Assembly: GCA_903860135.1 (NCBI GenBank)
Contig: CAIOPG010000017.1
Location: 11,364-75,363, forward strand
Direction: 5' to 3'
Length of the DNA: 64,000 nucleotides
Source of the DNA: Candidatus Omnitrophota bacterium
Lineage (GTDB): Bacteria > Omnitrophota > Gorgyraeia > Zapsychrales > Fredricksoniimonadaceae
Shown here: positions 38,358-48,835 of the stretch, piece by piece
How the letters are laid out: every line of letters starts with the position of its first letter
Position numbering within the stretch: the stretch's first letter is position 1
Made by a program: the position numbers and the translations under genes
Notes under the pieces: model-generated
What the model saw: only the letters and a program-made list of their open reading frames with translations
What the model was told of the DNA's origin: nothing
Database searches by the model: none

Positions 38358-40822
38358 AACTTCCTGGCGATCTGCTCGATCTGGAACGCCTCAATGACAT
38401 CACCGACCTGATAGCCGGTAAACTTGTCGACGGAAATACCGCACTCAAAACCCTCGCCGACTTCCTTGACATCATCCTTGAAACGCTTGAGGGCAGACAC
38501 GCGGCTCGTGTGGATCGTTTCCCCGTTACGGATGACATCCACATCCATCCTCTGGCGGATGCGCCCTTTAAGCACAAAACAACCGGCCACAAGCCCGGAC
38601 TTGGTCAGGTTAAAAACCTGACGCACTTCGGCCCGCGCAACAAAATGCCGCTTGGTATCAGGCTTCAGCAGGCCTTCAAGCGCCGTCTTCATATCATTGA
38701 CCGCATCGTAAATGATATTGTAACGGCGGACATCCACCGGTGACTTCTCAAGCTCAACATGGGCATCATTATTCATCCCGACACTAAAGGCGATGATGAT
38801 CGCCTTTGACGCATAGGCGAGGATGATATCGGAAGCATTGATATCACCGACGGCATTATGAATGAACTTAATCTTGACTTCCTTGTTCGTATCCGGAACC
38901 TTTTCGAGCGAATCCCTGAGAGCCTCCAGGGACCCCTGCACGTCAGCCTTCAGGACGATATTAAGTTCCTGTATCTCGCCCGCTTTTTTCTGCGCCAGAA
39001 GATCTTCGAGGGTGATCTTGTTGGTATTCTTAAGGCGGTCTACTTTATATTTATCCATACGCACACCGGAAATCTCGCGCGCACTCTTTTCATTTTCCAC
39101 CACGAAGAACTTCTCTCCGGCTTCAGGCACCGCCGAAAGCCCGAGGATCTCAACCGGCATTGACGGGCCTGCGGCACTGATATGGCGCTGATGATCATCG
39201 AACAGCGCCTTGATCTTGCCGTAATAGGGTCCAACCACAAGGATATCGCTTTCACGCAGGGTACCTCCCTGAACAATGAGTGTGGCCACCGAACCGCGAC
39301 CGGGGCTCAGGTGTGCTTCCACAACAATACCTGAAGCATTTTTGTCCGGATTGGCCTTGAGCTCAAGGATCTCCGCTTCGAGCAGGATCATCTCGAGCAG
39401 ATTATCGATCCCCTGTCCGGTCAACGCCGACACCGGTGCCACCACCGTCTTGCCACCCCACTCTTCAGGCATCAGGTCATGTTCCATCAACTGCTTCTTG
39501 ACGCGCTCAGGATCAGCATCCTTACGGTCGATCTTGTTGAGCGCAACAATAATAGGAACCCCAGCCGCCTTCGCGTGATCGATCGCCTCAATGGTCTGGG
39601 GCATGATCCCTTCATTGGCCGCGACCACAAGGACAACAAGGTCCGTGATATGCGCGCCTCTGGCCCTCATGGCCGTAAAGGCAGCGTGACCGGGCGTATC
39701 GAGGAATGTGATGGTGCCTTTATTGATGGCCACAGAATACGCGCGGATATGCTGGGTAATACCACCATGTTCGCTATCAACGACTTTCGTTTTACGGATA
39801 AAATCCATCAGGGACGTCTTACCATGATCAACATGCCCCATGAACGTAACGATCGGCGCACGCCCCTTAAGTGTCTCGGGGGCATCATGGGCACTGTCGT
39901 GCTGGTCAAGAAGTTCTTCTTCCTGGGATTTCATCGGGATCAAATTATAACCCAAAGCGGTGCATATCTTGCGGGCAATGTCTTCACCCAGATTCTGATT
40001 AATATTGGCGAACATCCCCATCCCCATCATGATCTTCAAAACGGCATTGGGTTTTTCCTGGACACGGAAAGCCAGATCACCAACAGTAATGGGCGTCTTG
40101 ACCTCGAGGTCGCGCAAAGGCCCTTCATATTTCGCAGGGCCGCTCGATGCTGGCGGATGAGCCGCCAACGCCGGTGATGATACCGTCGCTTCAGGCTGTT
40201 GCTGAGCAGCCGCATGGGCAGTCCTGGCTGCCTGGATGGCTGCCTGTTCTTCTTCTCGGCGCTTGGACAAAGGCTTCACAGAAATAAACTCGGGCTGTTC
40301 CTTTACAACCTTTTTTACAACAGTCGTAACCGTCTTGCCATCGACTTCGGTTGTAGTGACCTGTTCGACAATGACATTCTTGGGAGTAACGACTTCGGCA
40401 GTGATCACGACAACCGGTTCAGCCGGGCCTTCAACCGAGCGGGCATCAGGTGCCCTCACAACAGGCTTGGGCACTTCCACGGGCTTTGGCTCAGGTTTGG
40501 AGACAATGCGCACGGTTACATGATCCGGCGCAGGCTCTTTAACCTTAGCTTTATCCTCCGTCTTGGCATGATCTTTCGATTTAAGCAAAGGATCCACCGG
40601 CTTGCGCGCAGGTGCCTTCTTTTTAAGAACGGCCTTGGGTGCAACAACTTCTTTCTCAACAGGGATAAGCCCCCTCTCCTCAAGATCACTTTTGAGCAGG
40701 GCCAACACACCGGGACTCAGTTCGTGGTCATCCCCCTTGGCGCGTAATTTAAGCGCTTTCAGCGTCGAAAGGAGTAAATCCTCGCTGATGTTGTATTGTT
40801 TAACAAGATCCCTGAGTAACAT
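38354..40822 (-). CDS. infB: translation initiation factor IF-2
   Basis: MGHVDHGKT, GGITQHI, FLDTPGH, NKID, LKRFKDDV. Confidence 0.98.
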   Translation of the reverse strand: MLLRDLVKQYNISEDLLLSTLKALKLRAKGDDHELSPGVLALLKSDLEERGLIPVEKEVVAPKAVLKKKAPARKPVDPLLKSKDHAKTEDKAKVKEPAPDHVTVRIVSKPEPKPVEVPKPVVRAPDARSVEGPAEPVVVITAEVVTPKNVIVEQVTTTEVDGKTVTTVVKKVVKEQPEFISVKPLSKRREEEQAAIQAARTAHAAAQQQPEATVSSPALAAHPPASSGPAKYEGPLRDLEVKTPITVGDLAFRVQEKPNAVLKIMMGMGMFANINQNLGEDIARKICTALGYNLIPMKSQEEELLDQHDSAHDAPETLKGRAPIVTFMGHVDHGKTSLMDFIRKTKVVDSEHGGITQHIRAYSVAINKGTITFLDTPGHAAFTAMRARGAHITDLVVLVVAANEGIMPQTIEAIDHAKAAGVPIIVALNKIDRKDADPERVKKQLMEHDLMPEEWGGKTVVAPVSALTGQGIDNLLEMILLEAEILELKANPDKNASGIVVEAHLSPGRGSVATLIVQGGTLRESDILVVGPYYGKIKALFDDHQRHISAAGPSMPVEILGLSAVPEAGEKFFVVENEKSAREISGVRMDKYKVDRLKNTNKITLEDLLAQKKAGEIQELNIVLKADVQGSLEALRDSLEKVPDTNKEVKIKFIHNAVGDINASDIILAYASKAIIIAFSVGMNNDAHVELEKSPVDVRRYNIIYDAVNDMKTALEGLLKPDTKRHFVARAEVRQVFNLTKSGLVAGCFVLKGRIRQRMDVDVIRNGETIHTSRVSALKRFKDDVKEVGEGFECGISVDKFTGYQVGDVIEAFQIEQIARKL

Positions 40823-40905
40823 ATGTTGTTATCTTTCCGTGTTTGAAGCCCCTGATGTCCTTTCCCCCGCGGCCTGCCTGGCAACGGACGGGATCGCACT
40901 GCGCA

Positions 40906-41994
40906 TCATTCTTCAGAGGCATTGTCCTGTCCCGCTGGAGATTCTGGCAGCTCCGTATCACCGACCGGTCCCCTGGCATTATCAGCATTCTCTTCAACCG
41001 TCACCTGAGCTGGCGTTCCCACCGGCTCACCCTGTTCCTGCTTCAGATGCTCGCCCCACTGATTCGCGGAGAAAATATCAAGTTCCCATCCAAGCAAACG
41101 CCCGGCCAATCTCACGTTCTGCCCGTAACGGCCAATGGCAATGGAAAGCTGGTCATCGGCCACAATGATATTGGCTTTCTTTTCAATGCCAAGGATCTGC
41201 ATCTGCGAAATTTCAGCCGGTGACAGCGACGCCTGGATATATTCCTTAATGTCGGGGGAATAACGGACAATATCAATTTTCTCACCATGGAGTTCATTGA
41301 CGATATTCTTAACACGCGACCCGCGCATACCGACACAGGCTCCGACACAATCCACCTTGTCATCCTTGGAATAAACAGATATCTTGGTGCGCTCACCGGG
41401 ATCACGGGCAATGGCTTTAACCTCGATGATGCCCTCATAAATTTCCGGGACTTCAAGTTCAAACAGGCGCTTGACAAAATTCGGATGGGCGCGCGAAAGC
41501 ACGATCTGCGGACCGCGGGACTCGCGTTGAACCTCGAGGATGAAGGCGCGCACACGGTCACCCTGCTTGAATTCTTCCTTGCCGCACAATTCACTGCGCG
41601 GGATCACAGCCTCGGTCTTGCCCAGATCAACGATCACACTGCCGCGATCAAACCGGTAGACACTGCCCGAAATGATCTGCCCGACCCTGATGCTGTATTC
41701 ATTGTAGATAACATCTTTTTCCGCTTCACGGATCTTTTGAAAGACGACCTGCTTGGCCGTCTGGGCGGCAATGCGCCCGAATTCGCTCGAACGGATCTCC
41801 TGGCCATTGGCAAACGCCTGGATCTTGCCGGTCTTGAGATCAAGCTTGGCCACAACATCCTCTTCCTTGCCGACCGTCCATACCTTGCGCGCCGCCGAAG
41901 CGACAGCCGCTTCTACAGCCTCGATCAGCACCTCTTTGGCAATACCCTTATCGCGCTCGATCTGTTCAAGGATCGTTATCAATTCACTTTCCAT
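40906..41994 (-). CDS. nusA: transcription factor NusA
   Basis: FGRIAAQTAKQV, LFELEVPEI, GACVGMRGSR, AIGRYGQNVRLA. Confidence 0.98.
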   Translation of the reverse strand: MESELITILEQIERDKGIAKEVLIEAVEAAVASAARKVWTVGKEEDVVAKLDLKTGKIQAFANGQEIRSSEFGRIAAQTAKQVVFQKIREAEKDVIYNEYSIRVGQIISGSVYRFDRGSVIVDLGKTEAVIPRSELCGKEEFKQGDRVRAFILEVQRESRGPQIVLSRAHPNFVKRLFELEVPEIYEGIIEVKAIARDPGERTKISVYSKDDKVDCVGACVGMRGSRVKNIVNELHGEKIDIVRYSPDIKEYIQASLSPAEISQMQILGIEKKANIIVADDQLSIAIGRYGQNVRLAGRLLGWELDIFSANQWGEHLKQEQGEPVGTPAQVTVEENADNARGPVGDTELPESPAGQDNASEE

Positions 41995-42006
41995 AAAATC
42001 CCTCTT

Positions 42007-42471
42007 TTAGTTAATGATCTGCCTGGCTTTTTCTATCTTTGCCATCAGGACAACCAATTCACCCTGACGGGTCTTAAGGATAACATCCGCTTCAGATACT
42101 GCCATGAGAACGCCGCCGATCTCACGTTTACCGCCAACCGGCTCTTTAAAGAAAAGCCGTACAGGGCGGCCAATCACACGCCGCAGATCACGGGTACCGC
42201 ACAAAACTCGATCCAAGCCCGGGGATGAAACCTCAAGGGTATAATTATCCCCTAAATCCAGCCCATTGTCCAGCGCCAGCGCAAGTCGTCGGTTCAGCTC
42301 CGCGCACACGTCCATCCCAATACCGCCAGCGGGCTTGTCCGCAAAAACCTGAATATGCACATCACCCGCATGGGCGCGTGCGTTCACCTCAACAAGTTCC
42401 AGCCCAAGCTCATCGCAAACAGGCTTTGCCAGATCTTCAACAGACTTGATCAATGTATCTAACTTTTCCAT
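42007..42471 (-). CDS. rimP: ribosome maturation factor RimP
   Basis: YTLEVSSPGLDR; located immediately upstream of nusA. Confidence 0.93.
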   Translation of the reverse strand: MEKLDTLIKSVEDLAKPVCDELGLELVEVNARAHAGDVHIQVFADKPAGGIGMDVCAELNRRLALALDNGLDLGDNYTLEVSSPGLDRVLCGTRDLRRVIGRPVRLFFKEPVGGKREIGGVLMAVSEADVILKTRQGELVVLMAKIEKARQIIN

Positions 42472-42495
42472 AACTTACATTTTCCTGCCGGCATT

Positions 42496-43686
42496 TCAAT
42501 GTACGGAAGAAACCATGCGCGCCACATAACCCACAGCCATATCCAACGGCACACTTTCAACCACGCCGGTGGCACGGTCTTTGATCTCCACTTTACCTTC
42601 TAAAAGGCCGCGCTTGCCGATGGTCACGCGATAAGGTATCCCAACAAGGTCAGCATCGTTAAATTTGCGACCTGCACTTTCGTCACGGTCGTCCATTAAA
42701 ACATCAATTCCCTGTTTTGTCAACCCGTCGTAAATAGACTGTGCCACCGTCATGGCCGCAGGGTCATTCACCTGGACAGGAAGAACCTCAACCGTGAACG
42801 GGGCAACTCCTGCAGGCCAACAGATCCCTTTAGGGTCATGGTGCGCCTCAATGATGGTGGCGAGCAAGCGGCTGACGCCGATCCCGTAACAGCCCATAAC
42901 AATCGGATGCTGTTTCCCCGCCTCATCGAGGAACCGGGCTGCCATGGCTTCCGTATACTTTGTGCCCAGTTGAAAAATATGGCCGACCTCGATGGCCACA
43001 TGCTCCACGCCCGCCTCATCGTTAACTTTATCCTCGCCGATCGGTGCCGGGACAAGGAACTCATGGGAAATCTTCCCTCCCATGGCCCCGCTATCCGCTT
43101 CGGCAATGATGGGTTTTAATCCGCAACGGGCAAAGATTCTCTGATAAGCTTCAAACATGGACGCATAACTTTTTTTCAACCCGACCTCATCCGTATCAAA
43201 ACTGTAAGCATCCTTCATGATGAATTCACACGCACGCACCACCCCGAAACGCGGACGGGTCTCATCACGGAACTTGGTCTGAATCTGATAGAGCGTGACC
43301 GGCAACTGGCGATACGACTGGACAAAACTCTTGACGAGATCCGTGATGATCTCCTCATGCGTCGGCCCCAGGCACATGGCCGACCCTTTCTTGTTCTTGA
43401 AACGGATCATGACATCCTCGAGCGTCTTGTCACGTCCGGTTTGCTGCCAGATTTCAAGAGGCTGAAGCGCCGGCATCAGCAGTTCATGGGCACCGGACGC
43501 ATTCATTTCATCACGGATAATGCCCTCGATCTTGGCCAGGACACGAAGCCCCAGCGGTAAATAGGAATATATCCCCGACGTGAGCATATGCACCAGCCCT
43601 GAACGTAACAGCAACTGATGGCTTATGGCTTCCGCGCCGGCCGGTGATTCTTTGAGTGTCGGGATAAAATATGTTGACCACTTCAT
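42496..43686 (-). CDS. proS: proline--tRNA ligase, short form lacking the INS editing domain
   Basis: LGPTHEE, YQIQTKFRDE.RPRFG, GGKISHEF, IEVGHIFQLGTKY, MGCYGIGVSR. Confidence 0.96.
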   Translation of the reverse strand: MKWSTYFIPTLKESPAGAEAISHQLLLRSGLVHMLTSGIYSYLPLGLRVLAKIEGIIRDEMNASGAHELLMPALQPLEIWQQTGRDKTLEDVMIRFKNKKGSAMCLGPTHEEIITDLVKSFVQSYRQLPVTLYQIQTKFRDETRPRFGVVRACEFIMKDAYSFDTDEVGLKKSYASMFEAYQRIFARCGLKPIIAEADSGAMGGKISHEFLVPAPIGEDKVNDEAGVEHVAIEVGHIFQLGTKYTEAMAARFLDEAGKQHPIVMGCYGIGVSRLLATIIEAHHDPKGICWPAGVAPFTVEVLPVQVNDPAAMTVAQSIYDGLTKQGIDVLMDDRDESAGRKFNDADLVGIPYRVTIGKRGLLEGKVEIKDRATGVVESVPLDMAVGYVARMVSSVH

Positions 43687-43709
43687 CGTGTGTACAACCC
43701 CTTCCTGGT

Positions 43710-44987
43710 TTATTCAAATTCTTTCGGCAAACGGATATTCCGCTTGACAAACTTGTCGGCGAACGATGGCCGCTTGTGCGCAACAACCCAATCGCCGGTG
43801 ATCCTCCCTGTCGACGAATCAATACGATCCTGCCTGAAGGTGAACAGATCATCCAGTGATATCTTTTCTGTGGCCCTGTTGTAAGAAAGGTCCGTAATAT
43901 GCTTGACACGACGGACACCGTCCATGAACAATTCCGAATAAACAATGAGGTCAATGGACCTGGCGATCTGCTGATGGATCTGATCACCGGAAAGGCGTAT
44001 GCCGGACATGAGCATCATCGTGATCATGCGGTTGAAACATTCCTCAGGAGAATCCGCGTGCACAATGGCCAGCGTTCCCGAGTGGCCGGAAGCGATGGAC
44101 TGGATCATATCAAGGATCTCATCCCCTCTGACCTCGCCGACAATGATCCTGTCGGGACGCATGCGTAGCGTATTAATGAAAAGATCCCTGGTCGAAACCT
44201 GCCCCTTGCCCTCGATATTAGCCACTTTCGATTGCAGATTGACCACATGCTCCTGCATCAGGCGCAACTCGGAAGTATCTTCGATGGTGATGATGCGCTC
44301 CTCCTCGGGGATATGCCCCGAAAGGACGTTAAGGATCGTTGTTTTTCCCGAACCAGTGGCACCACAAAAGACAATATTCAGCTTGGCCTTGATGGCTGTA
44401 ATAAGAAAATCCGCCATCGCCTTGTTGATGGTTCCAAGATTGATAAGATTCTCGACCGTCCCGATATCACGGGAAAACTTGCGGATCGTCATGACTGGCC
44501 CTACCATGGCACACGGCGGGATAATGATATTGACGCGCGAACCGTCGACCATCGAAAAGTCGACATACGGCGAAGATTCATCGATGCGCCGGGAAGAGCC
44601 CGACGATGTCAGGATCTTCTGGATCGTGTGCATCAACTGGGCATTGTCATCGAACTTGACAGCAGTCTTGGATATCTTCCCCCGTTTCTGGACATACACG
44701 CTCTTATAGCCATTGATCATGATCTCCGTGACATCAGGATCATCTAAAAGCTGACGCAAAGGTCCAAGCCCGCCGGCAGCAGTCAATTCACGGATCAGGC
44801 GCATACGATACTCAAAAGGAACATCAAGATCAGATTCACGGACAAAGTCATTGATCGCTTTATCAACGAACAACCGCATCTGATCTTCGTTCATGGAATC
44901 TTTGGTCTTCAGAAAATCGGTTTTCGCGATCATGAACCTGTGCAGGCGCGCTTTTATTTCTTCATAGTCTATCTCAACAGGGGGCAT
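43710..44987 (-). CDS. cpaF: CpaF/TadA family pilus assembly ATPase
   Basis: GLGPL..LL.DP.VTEIM.NG, GATGSGKT, ITIEDTSEL, LRMRPDRIIVGEVRG, GHSG...HA. Confidence 0.92.
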   Translation of the reverse strand: MPPVEIDYEEIKARLHRFMIAKTDFLKTKDSMNEDQMRLFVDKAINDFVRESDLDVPFEYRMRLIRELTAAGGLGPLRQLLDDPDVTEIMINGYKSVYVQKRGKISKTAVKFDDNAQLMHTIQKILTSSGSSRRIDESSPYVDFSMVDGSRVNIIIPPCAMVGPVMTIRKFSRDIGTVENLINLGTINKAMADFLITAIKAKLNIVFCGATGSGKTTILNVLSGHIPEEERIITIEDTSELRLMQEHVVNLQSKVANIEGKGQVSTRDLFINTLRMRPDRIIVGEVRGDEILDMIQSIASGHSGTLAIVHADSPEECFNRMITMMLMSGIRLSGDQIHQQIARSIDLIVYSELFMDGVRRVKHITDLSYNRATEKISLDDLFTFRQDRIDSSTGRITGDWVVAHKRPSFADKFVKRNIRLPKEFE

Positions 44988-44999
44988 AAATACTCCACA

Positions 45000-46112
45000 T
45001 TATTTTATTAAAGACCTGAGCCGGTCGATCAACCCGATGCGCTCAAAATCCAGATAAAAAACAAACACCGCCAACATGATGATCAAGGCAAAACCCGCCT
45101 TCATCACAAGGTCTTCGGTACGGGGAGAAAGCACCCGTCCGCGCAGTTTTTCAAGCCCCAGCAGTGCCAGATGCCCTCCATCGAGCGGAATGACCGGCAG
45201 GATATTGAACAAGGCCAGGCTCGCACTGATAACGCCGACAATATATAAAAGAAAAGAGAAACCAATACTGGCCGCAAACTTGACAATAAAAAACATACCT
45301 ACAAGTCCGGTCATCCCCTCTTTAGCAGAACGTTGGCCAGATACGATCTGCCATAGCGCCGCATACGTTTTGACCGTAACATCCCGCAGTTCCCCGGCGC
45401 CTTTAACAAAGCCCTCAAGAAAACCATACCGCCGAACAACCAGATGACTCGCCTGATCAGGCGCTTTCGGCTGAATGCCGATACGGGCCACCGCGTGTTC
45501 ACGTCCGAAAAGATCGCGTGTTTTTTCCATCCGGGGTGCAACCTTTAAAGGCACCGGTTGGCCAGCGCGCGTCACAACAACATCAAGCACCCGACCGCCC
45601 GATGACATGACCGTGTCCTGCATCTCTGCCCAATTGGCGATCTTATGGCCGTCGATCGAAAGGATAATATCCTCGGCGGCAAAACCGGCCTCGAGTGCCG
45701 CCGATGCGGGCATGATCTTGCCCACACACGCCGGTACCGCCCTCGACGTGGCATCAAGGTCAACAGCCCCTATCCAGAAAACAATAACAAAACACAGGTA
45801 CGCCAGCAAGAAATTTACCGCTGGTCCCATCAAAATGATCAGCGCGCGATGGCCGGGGGGCTTTGAAAAATACTCATCCGCAGAACCCTTGCAGGTACCA
45901 CGTTCATCTCCCGCCATCTTGACATAGCCACCGAGCGGGATCGCGCAAATACGATACTCCGTAGCTCCTTTTTTAAACCCCCAGAGCTTCGGCCCAAAGC
46001 CAAAGGCAAACTCTTCAACGCGGACGCCCTTGCGGCGAGCCATCCAGAAATGCCCTGCTTCATGAACAACGATCAAAAACCCAAGAATAAAAGCAAATAT
46101 TAAAAACGTCAT
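45000..46112 (-). CDS. rseP: RIP metalloprotease RseP
   Basis: HEAGH, IPLGGYVKM, PDZ domain, NILPVIPLDGG. Confidence 0.95.
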   Translation of the reverse strand: MTFLIFAFILGFLIVVHEAGHFWMARRKGVRVEEFAFGFGPKLWGFKKGATEYRICAIPLGGYVKMAGDERGTCKGSADEYFSKPPGHRALIILMGPAVNFLLAYLCFVIVFWIGAVDLDATSRAVPACVGKIMPASAALEAGFAAEDIILSIDGHKIANWAEMQDTVMSSGGRVLDVVVTRAGQPVPLKVAPRMEKTRDLFGREHAVARIGIQPKAPDQASHLVVRRYGFLEGFVKGAGELRDVTVKTYAALWQIVSGQRSAKEGMTGLVGMFFIVKFAASIGFSFLLYIVGVISASLALFNILPVIPLDGGHLALLGLEKLRGRVLSPRTEDLVMKAGFALIIMLAVFVFYLDFERIGLIDRLRSLIK

Positions 46113-47263
46113 GCCAGCCTTTCTATGTATTCGGCCGCGCGGACACGTGCCCGCGCGTCAGCCTGTTCAATATCCGAAAGTAACGGCTTGCGGATATTAC
46201 GATGTTGCAAAAGCACCTGCTCAACGACCGCATGGATCGCCGTAAAACGCATACGTCCCTGAAGAAAAGCTTCAACGGCTACCTCGTCTGCCGCATTCAG
46301 GACGGCCGGAGCTGTCCCGGCGATCCGGGCCGCTTCATAAGCCAGTGCGAGCGATGGGAACCGTTCTAGGTCAGGCCGCGCGAAATTCAATGAGCCCCCG
46401 GCCGCAAGGTCAAGCCGTGGAGTGCCCGAGGCAATTCGCTCGGGATATGTCAACGCATACTGGATCGGCAAACGCATATCCGTCACTCCCAGCTGGGCCA
46501 GGACCGTGCCGTCAGTAAATTCAACCATCGAATGCACAACCGCCTCCGGATGAACAAGAACATTGATCTGCCCTATGCTCAAGCCAAAAAGACGCTGGGC
46601 CTCGATCACCTCAAAACCTTTGTTCATCATCGTAGCGGAATCAACGGTGATCTTGGCCCCCATTTGCCAGCGTGGATGAGCCAAAATATCTTTGACCGTA
46701 AAACGATCATGCTCGGCGCGCGGCACATCTCTCAACGGACCGCCCGAGGCCGTCAAATGAACCTGACGCACGTCCTGCCTGTTCCGCCCCTCAAGGCACT
46801 GAAAGATCGCACTCTGCTCGCTGTCTACCGGAATAACAACCGCAGCATTGCGCCGAACCTCAGCCATAAGGATATCCCCGGCCATCACCAAAGCCTCTTT
46901 ATTGGCCGGAGCAATAATTTTTCCTGCCCGCGCCGCGGCAAGGAACGGTGCCAGGGCCGCTGCTCCAGTCACCGCGATCACAACAATATCTATACCCTTT
47001 AAAGCCGCGATCTCGGCCATATCACGCGCGGCATCATAAAATTTCACACGACCGAATTCCTTGCTGAAACGTGCGATATCCCCCGCCGCCATGGCCACAT
47101 GTTTCGGCAAAAACCGGCGGATCTGTTCTTCGAGCAACGCCGTATTTTTGTACGCCGTCAGCGCGGCAACTTCAAAACGATCCCCATGATCCGCGATCAC
47201 CCTAAGGGTGTTGACGCCAATAGACCCTGTGGAACCAAGAACGGCGATCCGTTTTCTTTTCAT
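46109..47263 (-). CDS. dxr: 1-deoxy-D-xylulose-5-phosphate reductoisomerase
   Basis: LGSTGSIG, ANKEALV, PVDSE, TASGGP, HPRWQMGAKITVDSATMMNKG. Confidence 0.97.
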   Translation of the reverse strand: MKRKRIAVLGSTGSIGVNTLRVIADHGDRFEVAALTAYKNTALLEEQIRRFLPKHVAMAAGDIARFSKEFGRVKFYDAARDMAEIAALKGIDIVVIAVTGAAALAPFLAAARAGKIIAPANKEALVMAGDILMAEVRRNAAVVIPVDSEQSAIFQCLEGRNRQDVRQVHLTASGGPLRDVPRAEHDRFTVKDILAHPRWQMGAKITVDSATMMNKGFEVIEAQRLFGLSIGQINVLVHPEAVVHSMVEFTDGTVLAQLGVTDMRLPIQYALTYPERIASGTPRLDLAAGGSLNFARPDLERFPSLALAYEAARIAGTAPAVLNAADEVAVEAFLQGRMRFTAIHAVVEQVLLQHRNIRKPLLSDIEQADARARVRAAEYIERLA

Positions 47264-47266
47264 ATC

Positions 47267-48088
47267 TTATAAACGATTCAAGGTCGCGCTCATATAAAGA
47301 TAAAACGCCGGTGCCGAGAAAAGCAGGCTGTCAATAAGATCCAGTATCCCGCCGATACCCGGCAATATTTTCCCTGAATCCTTCACATTACAATCCCGCT
47401 TGATCATGGATTCGGACAGGTCACCGAGCTGGCCTAAACCGCCGAAGAAAAACCCCAGAAGGGCGACAAACCAGACGGGAAAATAAGTCTGCATCGGAAG
47501 CCATGACTGGCAAAGGACCGCTGTCAAGGCACTGCAGGCCAAGCCGCCCAACGCCCCTTCAACCGACTTATTGGGACTAACAAGGGGTAAAAGCGGGTGC
47601 TTCCCCAGCCAAGACCCGATGAACAAAGCACCTATATCACCGGCCTTGGTGACCGCCACAATGAAAAGCACCAGCTTCGCCCCTTCAAAACCCGGCAGGA
47701 GCAGGTGTATCTTGACAATGAAGCTAAAAAACCAGGCCACATACAAAACACCAAAAAGGGTTGTCGAAAGACCAAGGATGGCATTGCGATTATCCTGACG
47801 CTTGAATTGAAGCAGCAGCATGATGAGAAAGCCGCTCACGATGAGCAAAAGCTCCCAGTTCCTTGTCAGCTCAAAACGCGTAAAGATAGACAAGGGGATC
47901 ATGATCCCGATGAATATCCCCGTATAACTGTATATTGGTATATCCTTCTTCTTGATCAGATAAAAAAACTCGTACAACCCTCCCACTGTCAGAAAACAGA
48001 TCAGGGCGATAAAAAACCATTCATTCCATGCCGCCAGCGCCACACACCCTACGGCAGCCGCTCCGCTGATAAAACGCATCGGATTCAT
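47267..48088 (-). CDS. cdsA: phosphatidate cytidylyltransferase
   Basis: SPNKSVEG, GDLSESMIKR..VKDSG.ILPG.GG.LD; start at the ATGA overlap with uppS. Confidence 0.93.
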   Translation of the reverse strand: MNPMRFISGAAAVGCVALAAWNEWFFIALICFLTVGGLYEFFYLIKKKDIPIYSYTGIFIGIMIPLSIFTRFELTRNWELLLIVSGFLIMLLLQFKRQDNRNAILGLSTTLFGVLYVAWFFSFIVKIHLLLPGFEGAKLVLFIVAVTKAGDIGALFIGSWLGKHPLLPLVSPNKSVEGALGGLACSALTAVLCQSWLPMQTYFPVWFVALLGFFFGGLGQLGDLSESMIKRDCNVKDSGKILPGIGGILDLIDSLLFSAPAFYLYMSATLNRL

Positions 48089-48810
48089 ACCTTTACTCCC
48101 TGTAGCCCGGTCGAGCCGTAACGGCGGTCCCGACGAGCAAAATCCTCCAGTGCCAGATTGAATTCCCCTGCCGTAAACTCCGGCCAGCATTTTTCCGTAA
48201 AATATAATTCAGCGTAAGATAACTGCCACAACAAGAAATTGCTGATACGCTTCTCACCCGACGTGCGGATAAGCAGATCCGGATCAGGTAAACCGGCTGT
48301 ATAAAGTCTGGAAGTAAAAAGCGCTTCATCAACAGCATCGGGAACAATTTTTCCTCCCACACAATCCGCCGCAATCGCACGAACGGCATCTAATATCTCC
48401 TGGCGCCCTCCGTAATTAAAAGCAATGTTAAGCACCATGCCTGAATTCCCACTGGTCGCCATAACCGTTTCATCAAAAGCCTGCAAAACCTGTAAAGGAA
48501 CCCCGTCCCGGCGCCCGCAAACACGCAGACGGATATTATTCGCGCACAAGTTCTGAAGTTTCTGCTTTAAAGCGGCAATAATGGTGCGCATCAGCATGGA
48601 CACTTCAGAAGGGTCACGCTGCCAATTCTCAGTCGAAAAAGTAAAAAGCGTCAACACTTTAACACCAGCCGTAGAGGCGGCCTGCACAATATCATCTACC
48701 CGATTGACACCTTCCAGATGGCCCTGTGTCCTGGCACGGCCGTGCTTTTGAGCCCAACGACCGTTCCCGTCCATAATGACCGCTACATGCGCAGGTATCT
48801 TGTTCACCAT
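48085..48810 (-). CDS. uppS: undecaprenyl diphosphate synthase
   Basis: HVAVIMDGNGRWA, FSTENW, NYGGR, IRTSGEKRISNFLLWQ. Confidence 0.97.
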   Translation of the reverse strand: MVNKIPAHVAVIMDGNGRWAQKHGRARTQGHLEGVNRVDDIVQAASTAGVKVLTLFTFSTENWQRDPSEVSMLMRTIIAALKQKLQNLCANNIRLRVCGRRDGVPLQVLQAFDETVMATSGNSGMVLNIAFNYGGRQEILDAVRAIAADCVGGKIVPDAVDEALFTSRLYTAGLPDPDLLIRTSGEKRISNFLLWQLSYAELYFTEKCWPEFTAGEFNLALEDFARRDRRYGSTGLQGVKV

Positions 48811-48835
48811 TCCCCCGTTTGAAAATTTCTACGTG

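Noticed and set aside
41287-42228. 313-aa plus-strand ORF
   Set aside because: Antisense shadow of nusA/rimP
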